Below are positions 52,296 to 64,000 of a DNA stretch of 64,000 nucleotides, one piece after another. The notes under the pieces are model-generated. The model worked only from the letters and a program-made list of their open reading frames with translations, made no database searches and was not told the DNA's origin. Every line of letters begins with the position of its first letter. The first letter of the stretch is position 1. The DNA is from Magallana gigas (lineage: Eukaryota): contig NC_088860.1 in assembly GCF_963853765.1 (NCBI RefSeq), forward strand, positions 23,126,001 to 23,190,000. Direction: 5' to 3'. The translations under genes were made by a program, and so were the position numbers.

Positions 52296-55200
52296 TTGTT
52301 CATGTTAACTGAATTAAATTTTTGAAAATGTAATTTTTCATCCAAAATTACGCATTTTTTTCCTATTAGACTTAAATACTTCTTCTTCGTTATAATATCT
52401 ATCATAATCAAGTAATTTTCTACTGATTTGAGAAAATATTTCACGGTAGTGAGCAACCTTAATGGATAAACTCCATTATATGCTTGTACACGTGCACTTT
52501 AGAATGGACGTTTTACTACAATTCTCTCTTATTGCACTGGCCTGTCGTGACTTAAAACGGTACCACCAGTTGATGATTTCTCGCTAATCTGTTAATAACC
52601 ATAATTGTTCATTAATAGCAATAAATATGTCACCACATCTATTCTTTAAAGTAAAACGATTGCAATTTTTGTATAATAGAAAAAAACTATTCCTCGCATT
52701 TAAAGACTAAATGGATTTTGGTAATGTCAAATTGGAACAAGGCAAGTTGGGTTTGACGGCAGGCGTGCACTTACGCCGGTGTATTGCTATCGGTTTTCTT
52801 TAGATATCACACAAGGATAAAATCTGAACAGCATCCTTAATTGCTGTAGAATTTCTATTTTGCTTAATCACGTTGATTGAGAGTGAATATATTTAAGTGG
52901 ATTTATCAGATTTTTTATCAATGTTAACTTCTAAGCGTTTCCGACATTTTCCAGACAATAATTCTCTATTCAAGTTAAGATTAATAACAATTTCCGGAAG
53001 GCCTTAAGGTAACGCATCTTTAGCTATTGTAATGGATATTTATGGTATTTTTTTTTCTTTGTTGCATTATTTGACACACTTTTTATATCAATACCTAAAA
53101 TAGATTATGAATTTACACTGCATATGTTTTTAAATGTAGTTGCACTTTACATACCTTGCAATTGACTTTTAATCGTTCGAGGGAAAAAAAGCAACATCAC
53201 GGGGATATTTCACATATGAAAAGGATGCTACTGTCGTCCTTTCCAAAAAAAATTCAATCTGTTGTTCCCTAACCGACATGTAAATTGTTAAGTGCCTTTT
53301 GAAACATATTGATGTTTTTATTAGTGTACCTACCAATTAAAAGTTTTATATGTTTTCACTTTTTTCTTTCTAAAGGTATAAGAAGGAAAAAGAATCAAAA
53401 TCAATGTTATTTCTATAAATACAATTTAAAAAGTAAATAATCAATTTTCACCTAATGAAAAATGGTTTAAATCTGAGTAATGAGGACCATTTGATTAATC
53501 TCCATTTAAATCGATCGCTCGTCTTAACCGGATCGATGGATTCACAATGTACCCAACGTACCCAGGCTCTGTCAGTCGACGTGGATCTCACTCTGATTTG
53601 CCTGCTGGAGAGAAGGATGCTCCTATAATCTTGTAAGCATGTTTCTGGAGGATGGTTACCACAGGTAAGAGAATATATTGCCAGTTGTCTATTTTGATGC
53701 GATGGAATTCGTATGCCAAATTTTGCAGTTCTTTTTTAAATGGCCAATTTCTTTTTTTTTTCTGTAAAAGTTGTGACAAGGATGGAACTTTTTTTACTTC
53801 AAAAGTACAACCAAAATTATTTAAGGTTACTGCATGTACCTTTCGTTGTTGTTTTATGCATGTGCCCTAGCATTTACAAGAATTTAGGTTTCTGATATCA
53901 AAACATGAACGTAAAAATTAAACTAATAACAAGCGTACAATTTTTTTTTTTAAAAATCTAATTATTTTTGCATTTGTAGCCATTTAAAATGATTGATTGA
54001 AATTATCATGAACTGTTTTTAAAGTTTCACAAATGATGCATTTATATATTAGTTTTATTGGCTCGGTGACGATGCTAATATTTCCTTAAGCTTAATAATG
54101 GTTCTTCATGTTTACTATTTTCTTTTTTGAAGTCATATTAAACCTGTAAAATGAAATTTTATACTTTTGTAATATCTCGAGCATTTGATTCAAAATATTG
54201 GGGTTTTTTTAAACGTGTGCAAGTGGCAATATTTCAAACTTTGCACATCCTGTTCATCTACAGAAACATGAAGAAGCAATTTTCTGGCCTATACACACCA
54301 CCACCCCCTCACGGATATGAGAGTTTTTCCATCTTTTTTTCTTTCCGTGAGCAGGGCGTGAAATTTTAAGATCTGTCATACTTTTTGATTGTGTATCATT
54401 TATTGTAATTACCAATATGACGATAATACATATAACAGTTATGATATAGTACGTTTTAAAAATTGTAATTCTTAAAAAATCAAAATTTTCGATAAGACAA
54501 AAATATAACCTATTTTTGAGTGGAATTTTTAAATGGAATTTGTTTTTGAATCAATAGTGAAGGATCACTTAATAATTTTCCAATAGCGTTTCTAGGAGGG
54601 GTCAGTTCGGGCCAATACTACATCAGTATAGGTAGATAAATGACATTATAAGTTACCTCATAAAGCCATTGTCATGTTGGCTAGCAACAAATGACGCACT
54701 AGGTTCATTGTCATTATAACATACAGAAGGCATTTCAGAATTAGTTAACATGTATGTTAACAAATTAACAGCAATCCAGTATAAGCATTTATCCGGATTA
54801 ATTAGGCATGAGTATACTTTTCAAGATCAATTCATTCATTTCAATTTACCATAATCTAAGAGATGTTGAAAATTAAAGATTTTAGAAGCTAAAAATTAAC
54901 AGAGGACAAAATATGATTGTTTGGTATCTTTTAATTGTATTAACATATTCTATTTTATTTCAGGTCATCATCTAAAATATTTTTTTATTATAACATGTAC
55001 TCTCATAGTTTTAAAACCCTTTAAGGAAACCGGAAAGCTGTTTTGCGAATAAACTTACTCTAACGAAGTGCTTACTCGTTATAACAAAAATATTATATCA
55101 TGGTAGCAAGTTCATCGTCTCCAAAAAAAAGACATATTTGGTTATCGTGGATTACCGATAAACCATGTTAACTGTATAGTAAACAAAAAAAACCTAAGAA

Positions 55201-56111
55201 ATAGAATTCTCTGCTAAGGTTTTAAGCTTTTATTCCCGCTCTAACGCGGTAACAGATAATTTTTTTTTATACTTTTTGGTGTGATTGGTGTGATTGGCGA
55301 TAAAACTGTGGGCGGTGCAAAAATCAGGTTTTTTGGGTTCACAAAAAGGTTATGATAATATAAAGATCCACCAGTGTTCAACTGTCGCTAGTGCCAGCTC
55401 AGTCAAAGTGAGAAATACCTTGTACATGTAGACATCAATTCTACAGTCCAAAAACAAAACAAAAATATTCAGAAAGCCAAAAAAGGTTCATGTATAAAAC
55501 ATTCGAATAAATATTACATTAAGTTTGCGAAATATGTCAGGTACTTTGATAAATAAAACCAAAACCCAATCCAATTCGTAGTTAGTCTTAATTAAAGTCT
55601 TATTACACTTATTTTTCATTTAAAAAGGCTTTCTAAAAATTCATGTTCAATAATGATCGCTATAAGAGGTTACATGCTCAATAAACTTTACATCAGATCT
55701 ACCGTAAAACTTCATGCATGAGTTTAGCTGTAAAATATTTTATTTAGCAAAGAAAAAACTGTATTATATTTTATTAGTTAAATTATCATACCAAAAAATT
55801 CAAAGTTAAAAATTATGGGTAGTTTTTTTTACTATTCAGCCTCCGAATCTTATTTTTTGTTTATTTATCATAATGATGAGTTCTTCAGTATTTCAATTAA
55901 AAGGGTTTAAGCTTTAAAATGACTCTTCAACTCTCCAAGAATCTTAGGCTAATTGATAACAAAAACTTGTTTAAAGATCTTAATTTGATAAAAACTTTCA
56001 AACTTTAATAAAGATTAATGATTTTGGATGTTTTTTTTTGTTAGACCCATACAGTTGAACGTACATGTACATTTATAAACTTTAAATACTTTATACAATT
56101 TTATATGTAAT

Positions 56112-56733
56112 ACATTATATAAATAGTACCTGTTTGGGAGGGTAACAGTTGAAATTGACACCCCGAAAAAACCATTGTCAACCGACGCGAAGCGGAGGTT
56201 GACAATGGTTTTCGAAGGGTGTCAATTTCAACTGTTATCCTCCCAAACAGGCACTATTTATTTTATTATACTGAATGTCTTAATTTTATAGATGTTTTAC
56301 TGCTTTTACATAGAAATGACGTGAATTCCACGGCGAACCGTGCGCGCATAATTTACGCGCATGTAACAATTCGTTGTGTTACCCGTTGCTAAGTGTGTTG
56401 CTAACGCTGAGGGTAATAGAACGGATTATCAACTGCGTCTAAACCAATCAGATTTCAGTATTTAACATGAAAGTATCATAATACGAATTGTTACATGCGC
56501 GTACGGTTCGCCTTAGAATTCACGTTATTCCTATCTAAAAGCAGTGGTGTTTTCTTTAAAATTAAGACATTCAGTATAACAATATAAATAGTGCCTGTTT
56601 GGGAGGATAACAGTTGAAATTGACACCCCTCAAAAACCATTGTCAAGCTCCGTTTCGCGTCGGTTGACAATGGTTTCCTCGGGGTGTCAATTTCAACTAT
56701 TACCCTCCCAAACAGGCACTTTTTATATAATGT
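56112..56733. mobile_element. Full-length 622-bp element with long TIRs, each containing a roughly 140-bp hairpin
   Basis: Ends acattatata / tatataatgt; hairpins at about 56120-56257 and 56585-56720 in opposite orientation; inner inverted repeats at about 56319-56352 and 56492-56526. No obvious TSD. Confidence 0.88.
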
Positions 56734-57299
56734 TGGTCGTTCAAAACCGGGGATTTAAAAATATGATTGATCATATATTTCTGGGGAATCCATCACATAT
56801 TAAAATTTCGCAGTGTCAGTTGACCAACCGAGGAAGGAAAATTCCGTAACATTTCGTATAAAGTATGTGTATACAGAATTTGGGTGGTTGCCGTCGGGGT
56901 GGATGCCCTGCAGGAATTAGTGTGACTTAGGGCCCGCTAAATAGAAGTACATAGTCTGTTCTTACAAACAGTGAAATTTTCTTGATAGAATAATTTAATT
57001 TCAAACAAATGAAAATTTGTTTTTCAATTTAAGTTTAAAGAAATTTCTTCTGCGTATTTATAACACAATGTTTACAAAATGCATCTATGAAATTACTCTT
57101 AATGATATACTTTACACTCGATTAAAATACAATTAACAAACAGACTATAACCAGGGTTAATCAGGATTATTATGCCTCCTGTCAGTTTGTCACTATATAT
57201 TCAATACTCATCTATTTTCGCATAGTATCAAAGGATTTATATAGAGTAAGCATACTATGCCGGAAGAGAGCACGGCGTATGTTTTCAACAAAAATCTTG

Positions 57300-57385
57300 C
57301 TAGCGCCGACAGCGGGTTTCGAACTCACGACGCTAAAATCATTCCGTCTCTTAGCCGAACGCGTTTCCGCTACGCTATATTAGCC
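57300..57385 (-). mobile_element. Degenerate tRNA-derived segment (SINE-like head)
   Basis: The minus strand reads tagcgtagcgg (A-box) ... gagttcgaaaccc (B-box); no intact cloverleaf. Confidence 0.45.
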
Positions 57386-58139
57386 GTTAATGTAAATGAA
57401 GGTAAAACTATTTATATATATAAAAGGTAGATATGTACGACTGACATCAAACAATTCAAATTATTAATCTTTCCAAAACACTTCATTATTGACGGTAATT
57501 ATAAAGTTAAAGTTTCTGATAAACTTTTGAACAAATTGATTGAACATATTCAAAGACATTCTACATGAGAATCACAAAAACGCTTTTTTAAATGACGTTT
57601 GATAAAGAATGTACAAGAAAGCAATTCAATATAAGATTTCGTCTGCTAAACATTTCGAGTTTTCTCGGTAAGGTCAAACGTCTCTCATTTCTTGAAAAGA
57701 ACATATTAATTAAAACCTTTGTTGACTTTTCATTGTACAACAACTTGTTGATTAAATAAACAATCAAATCAATTGATTAATTTGAGAAAAAAAACAAACG
57801 CTTGCTTTTCCGGTGATTATTTTTAGGGGCTCATCAACACTCAGACGTCACTGCTAGGCTACTTATAGCAAAGCACGTCAGTATATATTCAACAGTCGGC
57901 ATAATAATAACAATATTTTACACTATTATATAAATGGAGTAATCGAGAACACAGCTACAGTAAATTTTATATAAACATCTAGTATTTGTACTTTTCAGAA
58001 TGGTAAAACTGTGATTGTTTGATTGAATGTGAACTATGAATCATTATAGGAATCATATGAACAACCGGTTTGTGTGCATAAGTGAAAAACTTCTTTACAC
58101 GATATGTGATACATTATTTATTACTCTAGCCATGTTTAA

Positions 58140-58148
58140 GATTAAGAA

Positions 58149-58195
<47 letters not shown>

Positions 58196-58562
58196 TTCAA
58201 CATTCGACAATATTTCTCACAGCACAGCACACGGATGCAGTCACAGACTGGAAATGTTTTGTAATAGTTATACACAACCGTAAACACAGGGATAACTTTT
58301 CTATATAAATTGTGATGTTCTTGTGATTTTCTATATACCTGTCTGAATCATGTATTATTTTATCTACATGCGGTAAAGATTGAAGCTTATGATCAGGGAC
58401 TTAAATATATACAGTCGTCTCTGGTATGATATATATAAAATATTTCTGGAAACGCCCGTTTTGACATCATGTGCGCTTATGTAGAGATCTGCGTTTCAAT
58501 CCAGAATGCCGTTACGGCTACATGCACCACTTTACCAGTTCACATAAAATATTAACTATTTG

Positions 58563-58621
<59 letters not shown>

Positions 58622-58770
58622 CTCAATATTTGATAAGATTTCTCACGGCAGGTGGTCAGAGCCCGGGTGCTATCACAGACAGGAAGTGTTATGTCAGTAA
58701 CACATCTGTAAACACAGGGATGACTGATATTCAATGTACCTGTCTGAATTATGCATTATTTTGTGTTCGA
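58140..58770. repeat. Diverged tandem duplication, each unit starting with a (GA)n tract (58151-58193, 58567-58619)
   Basis: After each GA tract: ggt(t/c)tcaa..atttctcac..tcacagac(t/a)ggaa..gtaaacacagggat..tacctgtctgaat. Confidence 0.75.
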
Positions 58771-60582
58771 AAAAAGACGGTCTACCTAAAGCGTGGACGA
58801 CATTTATTGTCGCCTTCATATGATAATGTGTTATTGCATATATCAAACTCCTTTTATGTTTCATTTCTTTCTGAAAACGGCAACTTGCATTAATACTTAA
58901 CAGGCAACTCTTTTGGCTCGAACTTTGATCGCTCGAAGTGAGTTTCCGGTCCAAATTTTTTTTACCAATGTAACTAAGCAAATTTACTTTCTTGATCTCT
59001 CAAAATCCTTGATTTCTCAAAGTCAAACTGCAGTCCTATTGTTTTTTACTCTCGATACCTCGAAGTGGCTGTGTATATGCAAGCATTACCTAATTTTAAC
59101 ACCTACTTGGTCATTTAAATGGCTCAAGGCATTACATGTAGACGCGGGAGCCGTGTAACGGTATGTTCATTCAGGTCACACTGCAAGGTGATGATTGTTC
59201 TATGATTGACCATACCGTTGCCTAAACTATAATTAACACTGACCGTCTTAAGATAATTTACATACATGTACATAAAATCTTATTTATTTAAAACAATAAA
59301 AATTTTCAATTTTAAATTTCAGAGAAAATAATGATTTTTTTCTTCTGATATCTATATCTAAATTCTAACAATAATTAAAACAGTGCTTTTTTCTTCTTCT
59401 CGGTTTAATCACTGATACAGAACACACACCAGTTACGGCGTCTTACACCATCACGGTAAAATCGAGGCCCCGCGATCACCGCGATGACAATACCGCGACG
59501 GTGTATCGCGGAAAGGATTAAAACACGATCACGGTGTCGCGGGAAAATACGGGATCCGCGTTGGCCGTAGTGTACAATATAATACATATATGAATCCATT
59601 TAACTTTGAATTAATATGTTTCATCCCCAAAAGTTTGAATATTTCATAATCCGATCAGCGAGTAATAGTAATTCAGCAGTGTAAATATCAATTAAATATT
59701 ATATAATAGTCATGCTCATATATGAAAAACCATGATGGACCAATGTATTTCAAGGGGTTACGTAATCAAACGACTTTTTACGGGGGCGTTTGGGTTTAAC
59801 AAATGACCGCTGGAGCACAAATTCAAAATTTTACCTGACAACAAACTACAATGATGTATACACGTAATACGAGGTTTTTGAACCACACCTTAACCTACTC
59901 TAGTTATTAAAAATGACAGCCAATCAGGATACCATCATCTCTGGTATTTAACCCTATATCCGGTTTCCGTGAAGATAAAAATACTAATTATAATCGTCTG
60001 CAGAGCAGCTCATTTATAATCGAATCTAATTAAGAAACCTCATTTTAATCGTGTTTAATAAAAGAGCATGGTGTTATTTATAAACTTTGAGCACACATTA
60101 GTTTTCAATTTGAGCAAACATTGGCTACTTTTGACGATTAATTGACCCTTTTTGAGCGTCAAATTTGAAAAAACTTTGTCATCGAAAAAAGGGGTGTTAG
60201 AAACGTATTGAAATGGTCATTTACTTGCGATGGAAAATATCTCTAACACAGTTCAATAGCTGTTTCTTCTTTGTTCAGCAATATTCTCGTTAACAATATA
60301 TTTAACAGAATATCATTATGAACTTGACAAAGCTCTTTGAAGCTAATAAAATATACCGATAGACTAGCTAATCGAATCGATTTTTACCATACAGTTCTTG
60401 CAAATGATACAGAGCTTAGTATTAGCTAAGTACAGATGTATTCGAATTCACCGAACATCTTCGAAAATTATTTTTTTAAATATGCATTTTAAAGAATAAT
60501 GAAATAACTTTCGTAAGATTTGGCAGACAAGTTATTCTTGAAGACTTTGTCATAAAAATTGTTATATTACTGGGAATTTTAA

Positions 60583-61061
60583 AGGTCACGATTTTTGTCA
60601 AAAATTATTTTCCGATTTTTGTAATTACAATGCATTAGAAAGGTATTTTGAATAAACAACCACAATTTGAGTGTCATTCGTTGAGTTATAAGCAAATTAC
60701 AGAGATTACAACTCTTTGCTATGTAAACAAAGCCTTTGATCACATTTTGAATGTTGAAGTAAAATTTTTAGTTTCAGACCTAAAATGAAAGTGTGTAACG
60801 TTAGGGCTGTTTATTAATGCTTAAACAGGGATAAAAAGATCAGCTTGAAAGAGGTTTTTTACTGGTATATTGAACCTATGTGTACAAAAACACGGCACGA
60901 ATCTTCTTACATGACAAAGAATTAAGAGCCCTGTATCTTGCTTATATAACTTTACAACTGACTTTCAACTTTCATTTGATTATTAGAAATGCATTCCTAA
61001 GGCATTGTAAGTTATAAAAAACAGGAAAATAGAATTTTAGCAAAATCGTGAACATGCCCCT
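60583..61061. mobile_element. Kolobok-like MITE, about 480 bp
   Basis: TTAA flanks; ends ..aaaatcgtgaacatgcccct|ttaa. Same family as the copies at 19551 and 39032. Confidence 0.72.
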
Positions 61062-64000
61062 TTAATGAGTGGAACATTTTGTAAACTCATTAGATGGATA
61101 CCGGTTCCTTCTACTTTCACAAGATCTCCAATAAACACCTATAGAAAGAAAGTATTTTACACATACATGTACATAAACACAAAAAGCTATAATTTCACAT
61201 CAAAAGAATTATACAGACGCAATACAAAAAGTTTTTTAACATAACATCCTCCACAAAGTTCAAATTCTAACATGATTTTTTTTCCAAACTTCAAACTCTC
61301 AGGCGTTTTGGATTGATCAATACAAGTTTGGTTCTAGCTAACAATTTCTATACAGCTTGTATTGGATGTGACAGCTTTTACAATTTTACCAAGTCTTTGA
61401 TGAAATCAGTTACAGCAGTCTTTAGTATGTCAAATCAATATATATATATATGTACTTCTGAAAAAAAAATCAATGATATTTTACAGAATTGGGACTTTTC
61501 GAAAATTTTGTACTTAAAATATTTACAGAATCAATGAATGTCATCATGGGTTTTTTTCTACTCATAATACCAAATAAAATGTTTTTGACAATCAATACAC
61601 AGGTAAAGAATTCGACTTTCTATAATTAACACTACATCTGAAAATTGTAAATGTTAATATGGTGACATTTTTTTTTTACCGATATTTATTATTTGCCTTT
61701 GTTTTAGGGGTTTTTTTCTGACCGAAATATGAAACACTAATAGCAGTTAATAAAGCATTAAAACAGATACAAAAGTGCACCAAATTTTAAAGGTAAAAAA
61801 AACCTCGTTTAATAGTTGACGACTGTTAAGTTACAGTGATTAAACGCAAAACTTTTTTTTCTCAAATTTAGCTTAATCACCTCCTTAAATGATGCAATGC
61901 ATTATTTACAGACACCGATTACAATAATCTCGAATAATTATCTGAATAATAACGTTTCGCTATCTCAAGTGCGATCACGTCATCATGTTCTTTGTAGTGT
62001 GAGAGCGAAGTGAGACGAAATGAAACGGACAGAGAGCATGCTGATGAACCCATCATTACTCAAATCGATTCTAGAAAGGTTGAATTATCAAAAATCACAT
62101 TAAAAGAGTTAGACTTATTATCAACAATGGGTTATATATACAGTGGCTGTCATTGATGTATTGTTCCTTCTTGATTTGTTTTATTTTAGCATCTCCGAAT
62201 TATTATTTAAACAACATGAAATGTCTAGGCTGTACATCAGATAGTGTCTAATGTCTTTGTACAAAATGTGAGTTCATAATCACAAAAAATTATTTTGTTA
62301 TGCATTGTTTTAAATTCTTTTAATACTGCATGAAAACTACAATGATAGCTTGGATATGAAAGAAATGGATTCATGTTCAGTTCTGTATGATATCTGGGCC
62401 TCTAAAGCATATGAATGTTTAATGGACCCCTAGAGGTTTGAAATACACGTAAATTGATTCTTAGATACGCCTCTCAAATCTCCAAAACATTTTAAAATCA
62501 TTTATTCACGTTTGAAAATCGTGACGCTAAAACTTAGAGCAGAAAAACGCTTCATTGATGCATTCAATACGTTGCAAGAAACAAATCCTCAAATATTAAT
62601 ATTCAAGATTGTGACATGTACTGTTTTTTTCCTTTAATAATCTGCCATTTTCCTTTTACCCTTTCTTTTCTGTCTCTTTCTTTTAATCATTTCCAAAGTA
62701 TCATTCACATTTTGAAACATTTTTTTAAATTTCTTTTTATTATGCTTAAATTGCATAATATTAAAAGCATTATTGGTATATGTATGTGCTAAATAAGTAC
62801 GTGTGAAAATTCATTAAATTCTTTTTATAAATGATAAATCATTAAAAACCATTCTTGGTCATAAGCTTTATTCCAGTGTTAGATTTTGGGTTAAAAACAA
62901 GAAAGTACTGAAATCTTTTATACAGAACTCATTATCTTAAGAAGATAAACAGATTGAAGTGTAAAAATCATCCAGCCACCTTAATTGATTTTTGTGTGTG
63001 GTGTCATTGAGCTTGTTCTCAAAGAGTAACAACATTTGCAGAGATCAGATTAGATCTATCGATCCATTTTCCTCCTTTATTAATCCTGATTATTGGACAA
63101 GAAAGTTTATTGACTGATTATTTAGCTGTTATAAGTGCTGATGTACGAAATTATTTTCAGTACATTTGCTGGGGGTGTTTGCTCGCTTATGGAAACGCTC
63201 ATGTCGGAGAGTTCTGCCTGCCCGCCATTGTACCGATGAACAAATAGCCAGCAGATTCAGTTGAACATTAAATAATAGAAAACTGCTAGTTTTCAAAGCT
63301 ACAGAATAATTTGATTCTTATCTCGGTCAATGATGGGGCCAGTTGGAGTGCAAAAAAAAAGATATCGAATCTCCCTTAAATTTCCCTTAAAGTACATCCC
63401 TTTTATGTTTATGTAGAAACTTTGCTTTAAGGTAAAAACAAATTAATTTTAGAAATCAAATTCGATTGTTTTGATATAGTCCTTAAGGATATTAAGATGC
63501 AAGCTTTTCTTTAAGTTTCATACACCAGTAGAGAAGTCTTTATGAGGCATAAAGAGTAAAAACACATTCGATGTATATTAATAGAACGTCATTTGATATA
63601 TGAACTAGTTGAAAGTATTTAAGAGTATGTAAATGAATCGAAAAACAGATTTAAAGTGTTTGGGATATTTTTAATACCCAAGACTCTTTAAATCTTTTTA
63701 TATTTCTGCAAATATCCTTAAAAATATAACAAAAGTTAATCAATATTCAACTTCTTTTTTATGTCTAACGGAGAAAACGTACCTTTGAAAAAAATCAAAT
63801 GTGACTGTATACTAGTACATGTATGTCTCTGCCCTTAACTTTGTTCCAAATCAGAAGATAATTGGTGATGCATATTTTCAGTATATTATTATGTATAGTG
63901 GAATCCAATTACGAAATTGGTCATTCAAATGTCCAAGGATTTTTATTCCAATAGAGAGTAATCAAAATAATATTTTATTACCCCCTGTTGGAATAAATTA

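Overview
AT-rich, intron-containing eukaryotic DNA with four N-gaps; gene content and repeat families suggest a bivalve, probably an oyster (inference). There are no prokaryotic features. The six-frame track shows only exon fragments, so I rebuilt gene models by hand from GT-AG sites and reading-frame phase. (1) 0.2-25.7 kb: five tandem minus-strand secreted single-domain C-type lectin genes (CTL-A to E, perlucin-like). They share one 5-exon layout whose last exon adds a 34-nt tail ending in -[LI][IV]G-stop. CTL-B has two alternative copies of that exon, CTL-D and E are recent duplicates, and the Ca2+/sugar motifs differ between paralogs. (2) 9.6-10.2 kb: a small two-exon gene inside the lectin array that the ORF track shows only in part. 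It encodes signal peptide, pro-region, GKR and a Cys-rich peptide, and is the most novel candidate here. (3) 33.8-44.8 kb: two plus-strand secreted Gly/Tyr-rich (GGGY-repeat, shematrin-like) genes with a conserved TATA plus AP-1-like promoter and a conserved C-terminal KSIKAY exon. (4) Many non-autonomous DNA elements, including TTAA-flanked Kolobok-like MITEs, a CvA/pearl-like HINE and several foldback families sharing a hairpin-tip architecture. No confident gene was found in 45-64 kb. All family assignments come from recalled knowledge, not database searches.
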